Origin: Oligoflexia bacterium
GTDB taxonomy: Bacteria > Bdellovibrionota > Bacteriovoracia > Bacteriovoracales > Bacteriovoracaceae
Length of the DNA: 64,000 nucleotides
Reading direction: 5' to 3'
NCBI GenBank assembly: GCA_015231955.1
Contig: JADGAN010000027.1
Span: forward strand, 7,582-71,581
The notes below the pieces were generated by a model that had not been told where the DNA came from, did no database searches, and worked only from the letters and a program-made list of their open reading frames with translations. Position numbers and translations under genes: made by a program. Below are positions 9,264-20,366 of this stretch, piece after piece (the stretch's first letter is position 1; each line of letters begins with the position of its first letter).

Positions 9264-10496
9264 ATGAATTTTTGTCAGAACAGCTATTTTATTTCTTGTC
9301 CACGGGGTCTAGAGGAAGTCCTGCAAAAAGAGGTTGCCGCCCTCTCTCCCTTCATAGAAAAATCCTCCATTGAGTATGGCGGCATTGAAATCCAGACCGC
9401 AAATCCAGAGCCGGCCCTCAAGGCCATTCTCCATTCACGAGTGGCCAGTCGTGTTTATCAAAAGATTGCGGCCGCTACTATTCGCGATAATCAAGACCTT
9501 TACCGCCGAATCTTAGAGGTCGATTGGCCCGATTTTATCCCCCTTGACGGCACCTTCAAAGTACAAACCATCACCCACTTCGGCGCAAGCTTCCAGCACG
9601 AAGATTTTAAAAACACTCTCTTCGTTTCGAGGAAAGCCAAAGATGCCATTGTTGATCGTTTTAGAAAAGATTATGGCAAGCGCCCCAATGTCGACCCCCA
9701 TATTCCCGACGTAACCATTTTACTCTACCTCTCGCGCGTGCGTGAACGTATCCACCTCTCCATCTTAGTCGATCTTTGCGGTGAACCTCTCGGCAATCGC
9801 CACTACCGCAAAGAGGATTTTAGCGCCCCTCTAAGAGAGAACATCGCGGCCGGCATTCTCTACCTCTCCGAGTGGGATCCTAAAAATGAAATCTTCATCG
9901 ACAGCATGTGCGGCTCCGGCACACTTCTGATCGAGGCCCACTTGATGAAGGCCAACATACCTCCCTCCTATATTAAATTAAAGCACAAACTCAACCACCC
10001 CAGAGAGAAGATGTGGTCACTCGAAAAGTTCACCACCTTTCCTGAATCGGAGATAGCGCCTTTATGGAAAAAATTGGTTTCCAACGCCGCCCGCGAGCGC
10101 AGTGAACGCGCTCCACTCACCACCATATTTGGTTACGATAAAGATGCTGCGGCCATTACTGTTGCCAAAAAAAATGCAGGACAATTTCGCGCTATCCACA
10201 TCGAAAAACGCAACGCCCTTTCACTCACTCCTCCTACCAAAGATGCAACTGGCGGAGTGATCTTCTGTAACCCTCCCTACGGTGTACGCCTCGAGAGTGA
10301 AAACCTTGAGGGAGTGAAAAATCTCTACCACGCATACACCGAACATCTAAAACAAAACTTCAAAGGTTATCGCGCCTTCATCCTCACCAGTAGTGCTCTC
10401 GATTTAAAGAAGGTGGTCAAACTCAAAACCAAGGCCCGCTATCCTCTCTTTAACGGCGACCTCGAATGCCGCTTACTTCGCTACGATCTCTACTAG
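9264..10496 (+). CDS. THUMP-domain class I SAM-dependent RNA methyltransferase (RlmL/COG0116-like)
   Basis: N-terminal THUMP-like region, SAM-binding DSMCGSGTLLIE and catalytic NPPYG motif. Confidence 0.85.
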   Translation: MNFCQNSYFISCPRGLEEVLQKEVAALSPFIEKSSIEYGGIEIQTANPEPALKAILHSRVASRVYQKIAAATIRDNQDLYRRILEVDWPDFIPLDGTFKVQTITHFGASFQHEDFKNTLFVSRKAKDAIVDRFRKDYGKRPNVDPHIPDVTILLYLSRVRERIHLSILVDLCGEPLGNRHYRKEDFSAPLRENIAAGILYLSEWDPKNEIFIDSMCGSGTLLIEAHLMKANIPPSYIKLKHKLNHPREKMWSLEKFTTFPESEIAPLWKKLVSNAARERSERAPLTTIFGYDKDAAAITVAKKNAGQFRAIHIEKRNALSLTPPTKDATGGVIFCNPPYGVRLESENLEGVKNLYHAYTEHLKQNFKGYRAFILTSSALDLKKVVKLKTKARYPLFNGDLECRLLRYDLY

Positions 10497-10662
10497 CTAC
10501 AAGCGTCGACTGCCACCTGCACCATTTAGTCGCCAGTTGGTTTTTTTATAAAAATTATTGAGAGAAGATAACCTTGCGATTTTACCTCTGATAAAAAAAA
10601 AATCACTTTTTCTGCTTCTCCATAACCGACTTGGTTTATTATAGAATTTAAGGAGGACAAAT

Positions 10663-11490
10663 ATGAAAAGAAAAATAAAAGCAGCATTTTGTTATTTTTT
10701 TACCTTCGCAACACTTCTCTTTTCACTTCCATGCTACCAAGGGTGGACAATGGTCTGTAGCGAAGAAATAGGCCAGGATCGTTCTCATCAAGCATTAACG
10801 GATGTTCTTCAAGCGATCACAGAAAAAATTACAAAAAAAGCAGAAAAAGTAGAAGAACAGTGTCGTGCCGAGGATACCCTTTTTGTTTACGATATTGATG
10901 ATACGGTTTTAAAGCTGGCCAGCGACTCAAATATTCAAGGTATTCGCAATAGTGATCAAGTTATTAGGAGCTTGCATCGTCAGCACGTTGCCACTCTTGC
11001 TTTAACCGCAAGGCCTGTAGTATTGCCCAAAGGAATTCAATTCATTCAAGAAGAAGGGCCCTCACTCTTACAGCAACACAAAATCACTCAAGCAGAGTTC
11101 GACGATAAGGTAAACCGCATTTTACTCAATGTTCATGGCTTCACTTACTTCAATCTAAAAACGGTAGGAATTGCCCCGAAAAAGAACAACCCTCTCTTTT
11201 CGGATGATCAAGCTGAACTCTTCTCCTTAAATCCACAAGAATCGCCCGATTATACAAATCGCTCCTATCTGGAAAATGTCATGTTCTACAACAAAGGAGT
11301 GCTACTCTCTGCTTCTCACCCCAAAGGAGCGGTTCTCATGCGCTTCCTCGAACTCAAAAATTTAAAAACCAGATTTAAATGCATCTTCTACGTTGATGAC
11401 AACAAGTCACATATCAATAATATGAATGAGATATTTGCAGCTGTACCTTCACTGCAGCTCTACTCCTATCATTTACCCTCTCCAGAATAA
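10663..11490 (+). CDS. secreted HAD-superfamily-like protein
   Basis: Signal peptide; DxDxT-type motif in LFVYDIDDTVL; distal YVDDN acid motif. Confidence 0.55.
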   Translation: MKRKIKAAFCYFFTFATLLFSLPCYQGWTMVCSEEIGQDRSHQALTDVLQAITEKITKKAEKVEEQCRAEDTLFVYDIDDTVLKLASDSNIQGIRNSDQVIRSLHRQHVATLALTARPVVLPKGIQFIQEEGPSLLQQHKITQAEFDDKVNRILLNVHGFTYFNLKTVGIAPKKNNPLFSDDQAELFSLNPQESPDYTNRSYLENVMFYNKGVLLSASHPKGAVLMRFLELKNLKTRFKCIFYVDDNKSHINNMNEIFAAVPSLQLYSYHLPSPE

Positions 11491-11536
11491 ATAGATAGCT
11501 CACCATTGTTGCAAATTTTTGCGCAATAACTATTTT

Positions 11537-11565
11537 TTACTTAACAAGACTTCCTCCCTTATAAT
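11537..11565 (+). promoter_or_regulatory. sigma-70-type promoter candidate for fadH (TTACTT-N17-TATAAT)
   Basis: TTACTT at 11537-11542, 17-nt spacer, TATAAT at 11560-11565, 37 nt upstream of the ATG. Confidence 0.35.
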
Positions 11566-11599
11566 AAAATCGCACATCACTTTTACCCAAAGGCGGTAA

Positions 11600-13654
<2,055 letters not shown>

Positions 13655-13670
13655 AAAATCAGGAATTAGG

Positions 13671-13776
13671 GTAACTGCTCACACCCCTCAACCTTCACCT
13701 CTCAACCAAATGCTGTTAGCTAAGCAACTTTCAGCATCCGGTAGAGGGTAGATGGCTGAAGGGTGTGAGCAGTTAC
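13671..13776 (+). mobile_element. 106-bp MITE, copy 1 (IS66-type termini)
   Basis: Perfect 16-bp terminal inverted repeat GTAACTGCTCACACCC...GGGTGTGAGCAGTTAC. Identical to the copies at 19899 and 49210. No matching TSD here; it abuts an IS66 remnant. Confidence 0.9.
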
Positions 13777-14304
13777 CTTCTTTCTAGTCTCACTCTTCAG
13801 ACTTTTTTCCTGAGATAAATCTATACCACAGTTTGAACATTCTGCTGGAGTTGTCACTTCTTCATTGGTGATGTTGCGAGTGTTTTGGATTTGATTTCCC
13901 AGATTAGCTCTTTGACCGGAATTCTTATTACGATTGCCATTAGAACCATTATTTTTTGATGGCGGCAGGCCACTATTGCTAGAATTCTTTCTGGTTTTTT
14001 TCTCAAGTAGAACCGCAACAACAATTTCCAAGATTGACATCATTGATTGAATAAAAAATCGTACGTCTGCATTCAGGTTTTTCGTTTTAAGAATTGCCTC
14101 CGATTCCTGCTGCAGTTTTGTAATTTTATCTCGTATCGAATCCTTGCTCATAAAGATCAGTATTACTTATTTTAATCAAGAGGCCCAGTTAAATTTTAAG
14201 GCCTAAATCAATTTTTTTCGAAGAAGCTGAAGTGGAATAGCTGACAGCTATTCAGCTGATAGCATCTGGATGAAAGTTGATGGTTGAAGGGAGTGAGCAG
14301 TTAC
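13777..14304 (-). mobile_element. IS66-family IS remnant: left end plus 5' part of the transposase gene (truncated)
   Basis: The minus-strand ORF from 14151 encodes a leucine-zipper-like N-terminus, then KNSSNSGLPPS...GQR...PAECSNCGIDL, which is typical of IS66 TnpC N-termini. A related IR GTAACTGCTCACTCCC ends at 14304. The ORF runs into MITE copy 1 and lacks the DDE domain. Confidence 0.75.
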
Positions 14305-14313
14305 ATTAACTCT

Positions 14314-15570
14314 TTATTTATTTAAATATTTTCTAATTGCATCCGTAGCTATTTGCCATGCATTCCATCTTAAATAGATTCGAAACCCAAGCAGTTCATA
14401 AATTCTATTCATTTGTTTGTTCGACAGAGCTGTACCGGTTATCATTGTTTTAGCGTCAATTTTTTCTCTTTTAATTTTACTAATCATCTCTGAATGCATC
14501 AATTTTGCTAAACCTTTTCCCTGATGATTTTGAAGAACTGCTGTAGAGCCTACTTCAACCTTGATATTATCGTCAGGATGAAAAAGTGTTTCAAAATATC
14601 CTACCAATATATCGGTTGCTTTATGTTTAATTAGGCAATTCCAGCGTTCATGGCCGCAATCTTGATATTGCTTGTTTTTCTTTTTTACATCTTCTTCACT
14701 GTAAACTATATATTCTTGCTTTAAATCATCTTTAGGTCTTGTATTTAGAAATGTTTCAAAAAGTTTTGCGTAGCCTTTCTGATACTGTTCAGGTATTTCT
14801 CCTATCAAAAAAAATACTTCATATTCTTCTTTACTGGCCTTTTCTGACCACTCTTTAAGTAATAAGTCACTGGATCCAGGTATAAACAATTCTGATTCTG
14901 TCCATCTTGTAACTAATCTTCCTCCAATATGTGCCAACATTTCATCACCGGCAGGAACATTGGATCCAGTAAAAGTGGATAAAAGAGTGAAATTATTTTT
15001 CAAAGCGTGTTCCAGTAATAGCGCTAATAGATTTTTAGATATGCAGTTTTTTCGACTAGATTTTTCAACCTGAATCAAGAAATCTGTTTCACTATATGTA
15101 AGAGTTGCGACAATTCTCCCAGATTTCTTTTTTGTAATCCAGCACTTTTTATTACTGCTAATGCATCTTTTTTTTGTGAACGTAGGAGTTACCATTGGTT
15201 CACCAGGCCATGCTTCTTTTGAAAAATTATTTTCAAAACGATTCAATTCAATCCAATCTTCTTCAGAAAAACTATTCGCTTCTAAACAAAATATATTATA
15301 CCTTGATGAAAATTTGCCTTTTTCGTAAACATTGTTCGAGTTTTTCTGTAACTTGGTTATGTACCCTAGTTTCATTAATTCATTTTTTATCACCTGTGAG
15401 TTTTCGATACTCACAACTTGTTTAATATAATCATCAAGATCTTTATCAGAAAACATTAATGAGCATGGAATTAGATCATCAATCAAATCCAAGATCCGAA
15501 GTTGGTCTTTCCACTCATTTGACCATGGTTGAATTTTGTTTTCCAACTCGCCCTGTCCACTTGCTTTCAT
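14314..15570 (-). CDS. two-domain GNAT-family N-acetyltransferase
   Basis: The C-terminal domain has the acetyl-CoA motif VLQNHQGKGLAKLM and ...YELLGFR. Low-G+C gene. Confidence 0.7.
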   Translation of the reverse strand: MKASGQGELENKIQPWSNEWKDQLRILDLIDDLIPCSLMFSDKDLDDYIKQVVSIENSQVIKNELMKLGYITKLQKNSNNVYEKGKFSSRYNIFCLEANSFSEEDWIELNRFENNFSKEAWPGEPMVTPTFTKKRCISSNKKCWITKKKSGRIVATLTYSETDFLIQVEKSSRKNCISKNLLALLLEHALKNNFTLLSTFTGSNVPAGDEMLAHIGGRLVTRWTESELFIPGSSDLLLKEWSEKASKEEYEVFFLIGEIPEQYQKGYAKLFETFLNTRPKDDLKQEYIVYSEEDVKKKNKQYQDCGHERWNCLIKHKATDILVGYFETLFHPDDNIKVEVGSTAVLQNHQGKGLAKLMHSEMISKIKREKIDAKTMITGTALSNKQMNRIYELLGFRIYLRWNAWQIATDAIRKYLNK

Positions 15571-15784
15571 GTTTTCTCCAAAATAATCAATCTGCCTCTT
15601 TTATTAAAGATACATCAAACAGAAGAGATATGCATGCCTGTTTTAAAATATGCAAATACATCAGTGCCTAGTTCCGAAAGTCGTAGCTTAAGGATCCACA
15701 CCCCAGTACTGACTTGACAATGAAAACACACATTGATAAATAGTTGCCTTTTGGGATTATGCTCACAAAATTTGGAGTTTTCAA

Positions 15785-16585
15785 ATGAATAACTATAATA
15801 AAAGCGGTGAATTTGTAGAAAGCAATCGAAAAGCCTGGAATCAGGCGGCCCTACATCATCACGATGCAACTTGGGAGAAGCTTGTCTCAAATTTTTCCAA
15901 CCCAAATTATACCTACTTCCCTGATTGGGAAAAAGAAATACTTATCTCTCTGGGAATTAATGGAAAAAGAATTGCACAACCTTGCTGCAATAACGGTCGC
16001 GAGCTCCTTTCTCTTCTGCGCCTGGGAGCTAAACAATGTGTTGGCTTTGAGCTTTCTGACGAATTTGTTAAAATGGGAAACGCCTTATCTAATCATTGTA
16101 AAACTCCTGTCGAGTTTGTTCAATGTAATGCGCTTGATATTCCTACTCAGTATCACAGTCAATTTGACGTAGTTTTTATCTCTGTTGGAACGCTATGTTG
16201 GTTCAATAATATGGATTTCTTTTTTAACTCTTGTAATAAACTTTTGTCTCCCAAGGGGGAGTTTTGGATTATTGATACACATCCAATACTAGATATGTTT
16301 GTACCAGGTGGTTCAGCAACGCAAATCGCAACTTCTTATTTCCGAACAGAACCCTTTGTGGATACAGAAGGATTAGATTATTTTACTGGAAAAAAATATG
16401 AGAGTGCACCAACAATTAGTTTTCCGTATCGACTCTCCGATATTTTCCAAGCACTTATTAAAGCAGACCTTGCTATTAAAGATTTTCGTGAATTTGATCG
16501 TGAAATCTCGTTGGGTTTTCCACAATTTAATAATCCAGATTGCCCTAAACCACCCCTCTCATTTTTCATTCACGCAAAGCACTGA
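15785..16585 (+). CDS. class I SAM-dependent methyltransferase
   Basis: Motif I-like PCCNNGRELLSL, acidic loop GFELSD and FDVVFISVGTLCWF. Confidence 0.75.
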   Translation: MNNYNKSGEFVESNRKAWNQAALHHHDATWEKLVSNFSNPNYTYFPDWEKEILISLGINGKRIAQPCCNNGRELLSLLRLGAKQCVGFELSDEFVKMGNALSNHCKTPVEFVQCNALDIPTQYHSQFDVVFISVGTLCWFNNMDFFFNSCNKLLSPKGEFWIIDTHPILDMFVPGGSATQIATSYFRTEPFVDTEGLDYFTGKKYESAPTISFPYRLSDIFQALIKADLAIKDFREFDREISLGFPQFNNPDCPKPPLSFFIHAKH

Positions 16586-16911
16586 ATCACTTCATTAACT
16601 TATATGGTAGGTGACTATTGTTTTCAAATGAAATCAAAAGATGCTCAAGCGAAAAACAAATGCTTCTTAATCTGCATTTAATTTAACATCCAAGTCCTTT
16701 CTGCCTCAGAAAATCATCTATTTCCGGATCTTCTTTGTTGGCACAAGAATTGAAAAGTCTTTCCTGTTGTGCAAGGAGAGTATACTCATTGGCAATATTT
16801 TGAATGAGTAAATGTCTGTTTGGCCCAAATCTCTATAAGATTTGTCATTAGAAATATAAATTTCAAAGAATGATCAAATAGTATTCAAGAGAAAGATGAC
16901 ATGGTGAAAAG

Positions 16912-19314
16912 ATGAAAACAACTCCACAGGAAAAAAAATTTAATATTGGCCACTTTATTTATAATTATAGATATATTATTTTATCTTTGATCTATGTTTT
17001 CATTCCAGCAATAATCTTCAATGTCTTTTATTTTGGCAAGGTGAATTTCGTTGGAATACATGGAATAATCTCAGATCTGGGAGTGTGCTTAACAATAATT
17101 TATTTATTATATAAAAAATCTATTACAAGGAACAAAAGCAATGTATTTTTTCTTTTGAGCTTTTTATCACTTTTTATTGCAGATACTCTCTATGTCATTA
17201 CCTTGCAAATGTTTTCGGCCTATTCAACTCAACATTACTTAACCTATACTAGAGAAATTACTTACACATTGTTTGTAAGTTTCTTTTTCTTCTATCTCAC
17301 GACTTATTTCAAAGAATATATTGTTGATAAATTTTTTCTAGCAATCATGCTTTTAATATTTTTTATATTTTATTACTTGCATGTCGTGTTGATTTTATTG
17401 CCTTCCTTAAGAAATACAGAAATATTTATTTTTTTCTCTGTGAATAACATTATCTATGAATTAATTAAATGTCTTTGCTTTTCGATCGTTTTTTGTTTGC
17501 TTCCAAGAATTAATTCCTGGTTTTTAATTTTGTTTTTTCACGCATTTATTTTATTTGGACTATCCGACTTTGCCTTAACTTACCAAACAACCATATATAA
17601 TAAATCAGTAATCTCTTCATTCGTTTTTGAACAAGGCTGGAATATTGCGACTGCTTGTTTTTTTGTTTTAACATTATTTGGTCATCAGTATTTCTTAAAA
17701 AAAGAAAACTTAGATATTTTATCATTTAAAAGCATCAGAACCTATATGGTGCTGTTTATAAGTGGCGGTTTGTTATCATTTATGTCTTTTCAATATTTCT
17801 TAAATCTCTATTCTGCGAAAGATGCGTTTGAATTAACAAACTTACTTTTAGTAGGTTTTGGCGTATGGATTGTTTCAAACTTGGTTGCAACATTTACTTC
17901 GAAAAGAATAACCAAAAATTGGGTTGCGATGCAGGCACTTTCAAAAGATAAAAAGGATGAAGAGCTTCTCTACTGTATTAACAAAAGAACCAATCTCGAT
18001 GAAATTGATTTTATAATAAAAGAATATAATTCTATCGTACAAAACAATAATATATTGGTTAATCGGTTAATCGAGCAATCATCATTTGCTACTATTGCTT
18101 CCATGGCCAATATCCTCGCTCATGATGTAAAGAAACCCTTCGCTCAAGTCAAGGCAATCCTAGATAACATTGATATGTTTTACAAGAAAAGAGAAGAACT
18201 AGGAGAAGCTATTGTTCATATCAATAAGAACATTGAGCAAGTAGAAGGAATGATCGCCGACATGTTTGATTATTCAAAAAAAATTGAGGTTAAATTAAAA
18301 CCATCCTCAGTCACCAACGCTTTTTATCATGCATTATCTGTCATTATTTCTGCATATGGAAATAAAGATTATGATATCAAATTTCATTATAGCTTTAAGA
18401 ATAAATATCGTCCATTAACAGATGATAGCAGGCTTGCAGGTGCATATGGTAACATTATTGGGAATGCAATAGAGGCAATTACTCTGATTGCCAAAAGAAC
18501 TGGTGGCAATATTTATATTTGCACTGCGGATATGGCAATCAATGATTGTAACTATATTCAAATTTCAATAGAAAACGATGGCCCTTGTTTTCAAGAACAG
18601 GATATCCCTAAATTATTTAAAACCTTTTTTACCAAAGGAAAATCCAGAGGAACTGGTCTCGGACTTGCGAGCGCATATAAAATAATCAAATCCCATCATG
18701 GAAATATATCAGCACAAAATTCACCAGATTCTAGCGGTGTAAAATTTAGTATAGAATTACTTGCTTCGACGGAATTGGAAAATCAAGAATTTAGTTTCAA
18801 GTTCAGACATTTAAAAAACTTAAATCACTCTGACCTACAGACCTTAACTGATGATCAAAACCAAGATTCATATCAACAAGAAATATTGAACTCATTAAGT
18901 GAATTCAATGAACGATACAAAGACAAAATAAAAATTCTTTTACTAGAGGATGACTTTTTATACAGGGCCGCATTCAAAAACATTATATCCAAGAGAGAGG
19001 AACTGCATTCTAAAATCATTATTTATGATTCGGCAACAGTTGACGAAGCAATATTAATAGTTAAAGCGGAGAGGATCGATCATGCCATCGTTGATATCGA
19101 CTTATCAGACACAAAAAATGGTTTTGATTTCTTATTACATGCCAAGGAAAATTTCCCCGATTTAAAATCTCTACTTAATACGGATAGATTTTTAAGTACA
19201 GATATAGATAAGATTAAATCATTAGGTGCCAAAGGAATAAGTTCTAAGCCTATAAAAGAAAATCTTCTTATAAATTTCCTACTTGATAAAAATCTTTGGA
19301 AGAATATTAATTAG
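16912..19314 (+). CDS. membrane-bound hybrid sensor histidine kinase with C-terminal receiver domain
   Basis: About 9 N-terminal TM segments, H-box ILAHDVKKPF, N-box GNIIGNAIEA, G2 GTGLGLASAY, receiver ILLLEDD...VDIDLSD...SSKP. Confidence 0.85.
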   Translation: MKTTPQEKKFNIGHFIYNYRYIILSLIYVFIPAIIFNVFYFGKVNFVGIHGIISDLGVCLTIIYLLYKKSITRNKSNVFFLLSFLSLFIADTLYVITLQMFSAYSTQHYLTYTREITYTLFVSFFFFYLTTYFKEYIVDKFFLAIMLLIFFIFYYLHVVLILLPSLRNTEIFIFFSVNNIIYELIKCLCFSIVFCLLPRINSWFLILFFHAFILFGLSDFALTYQTTIYNKSVISSFVFEQGWNIATACFFVLTLFGHQYFLKKENLDILSFKSIRTYMVLFISGGLLSFMSFQYFLNLYSAKDAFELTNLLLVGFGVWIVSNLVATFTSKRITKNWVAMQALSKDKKDEELLYCINKRTNLDEIDFIIKEYNSIVQNNNILVNRLIEQSSFATIASMANILAHDVKKPFAQVKAILDNIDMFYKKREELGEAIVHINKNIEQVEGMIADMFDYSKKIEVKLKPSSVTNAFYHALSVIISAYGNKDYDIKFHYSFKNKYRPLTDDSRLAGAYGNIIGNAIEAITLIAKRTGGNIYICTADMAINDCNYIQISIENDGPCFQEQDIPKLFKTFFTKGKSRGTGLGLASAYKIIKSHHGNISAQNSPDSSGVKFSIELLASTELENQEFSFKFRHLKNLNHSDLQTLTDDQNQDSYQQEILNSLSEFNERYKDKIKILLLEDDFLYRAAFKNIISKREELHSKIIIYDSATVDEAILIVKAERIDHAIVDIDLSDTKNGFDFLLHAKENFPDLKSLLNTDRFLSTDIDKIKSLGAKGISSKPIKENLLINFLLDKNLWKNIN

Positions 19315-19353
19315 TTTTTCACTGTATCGCAAATAACAACGGATGGGATATGA

Positions 19354-19743
19354 ATGAATCAATCAATCAATGAAATAACTAGTTCGTTACAATGTATTTT
19401 CATCGATGATGAAAAAATCAACCGGCTGATCTGGGAACTTGAAGCTCATAAAGCAGGTGTTTCCCTGATTACATATAATGACCCTAATGATTTTTTATCT
19501 CACTCTCATGATTTCAACAAAGAACTTCTTATTTTTCTTGATCAAGAACTCGGCGATGGTATGCCTAAAGGCGATGAAATCGCCAAACACCTTCATGAAG
19601 ATGGATTCGAAAATATTTACATAGCAACTTACCATAATCCTCATTCTTTTGAGGGAAAGAATTGGATAAAAGGAGTGATCAATAAAAAATTTCCTTTGTC
19701 TCAAATAAACGAGTGGATTTCATTAGCAAAAAAACACAATTAG
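19354..19743 (+). CDS. single-domain response-regulator receiver protein
   Basis: 129 aa; IFIDDE, LIFLDQEL, YIATYH and KKFP correspond to the REC acidic pocket, phospho-Asp, T and K positions. Confidence 0.6.
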   Translation: MNQSINEITSSLQCIFIDDEKINRLIWELEAHKAGVSLITYNDPNDFLSHSHDFNKELLIFLDQELGDGMPKGDEIAKHLHEDGFENIYIATYHNPHSFEGKNWIKGVINKKFPLSQINEWISLAKKHN

Positions 19744-19744
19744 T

Positions 19745-19898
19745 TCTGCTCTTTTTTATAGCTTAACCGAAACTGCCAAATCAAATGATATAGATCCCTT
19801 TCCCTCTGAAAGGATTCTTCAAAAAATAAATTTTCAATTTTACCCTATTGTAGGCATTAACAAAACAGGTTGGCATGTACCGCTTACATTCCCAATAC
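19745..19898 (+). pseudogene. IS66-family transposase C-terminal fragment
   Basis: The plus frame reads ALFYSLTETAKSNDIDPF, matching the conserved YSL(I/V)xTAKxNGxDP motif of IS66 transposase C-termini. No start codon and no DDE region. Confidence 0.6.
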
Positions 19899-20004
19899 GT
19901 AACTGCTCACACCCCTCAACCTTCACCTCTCAACCAAATGCTGTTAGCTAAGCAACTTTCAGCATCCGGTAGAGGGTAGATGGCTGAAGGGTGTGAGCAG
20001 TTAC
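19899..20004 (+). mobile_element. 106-bp MITE, copy 2
   Basis: Identical to copy 1. Flanked by the direct 8-bp duplication CCCAATAC (19891-19898 and 20005-20012). Confidence 0.95.
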
Positions 20005-20239
20005 CCCAATACAACAAATAGCAAGTTGAATACCATGTATTTTATCCAATTTTGCAGTTAAAAATGATTGCTTATCATTAAAACCGTTTTCGTTTGTAAA
20101 AACAATGTTTTCTAAAAGCATGTTATTGAGAGATGAATTGAATACATAGATTAGCATTAACACTACCTTTATTCCTACCATGTTTGCAAAGGAGTGAAAT
20201 TTATTAAAAATATTTTGCTTTTAAATCAACTAATATATT

Positions 20240-20255
20240 TGGCACAAACTTTGCT
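20240..20255 (+). promoter_or_regulatory. sigma-54 promoter (TGGCAC-N5-TTGCT)
   Basis: Exact match to the -24/-12 consensus TGGCAC-N5-TTGCW, 112 nt upstream of the 20367 ORF. Confidence 0.55.
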
Positions 20256-20296
20256 TCTATGTTAATCAAGGACTATTGTGGACAAATCTTCAATAA

Positions 20297-20323
20297 TCAA
20301 AAAAACATGTTCCCCTTCGATAA
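20297..20323 (+). promoter_or_regulatory. weak sigma-28-like motif TCAA-N15-TTCGATAA
   Basis: One mismatch in the CCGATAA core; 43 nt upstream of the ATG at 20367. Confidence 0.2.
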
Positions 20324-20366
20324 ATTATTACAAACGAGAGGGAATTAACAAAAAAGGAGAATTATT

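Noticed and set aside
10593-10602. A10 run in the promoter region of the HAD-like gene as a phase-variable spacer.
   Set aside because: I could not place convincing -35/-10 hexamers around it. It is noted only as a homopolymer.
16680-16830. Start-less 45-codon minus-strand frame (…NIANEYTLLAQQERLFNSCANKEDPEIDDFLRQKGLGC) and a similar 58-codon start-less frame near 21990-22160, as possible gene remnants in the island.
   Set aside because: No start codon, no recognisable family and too short to distinguish from chance in AT-rich DNA.
19948-20181. ORFs 19948-20181(-), 33238-33501(-) and the 3' end of 13720-14151(-) share the C-terminal peptide VTAHTL(Q/R)PSTLYRMLKVA, which looks like a conserved protein family.
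   Set aside because: The shared peptide is simply the translation of the MITE arm. The upstream parts are unrelated and non-protein-like (except the IS66 fragment), so these are read-through artefacts of the repeat.
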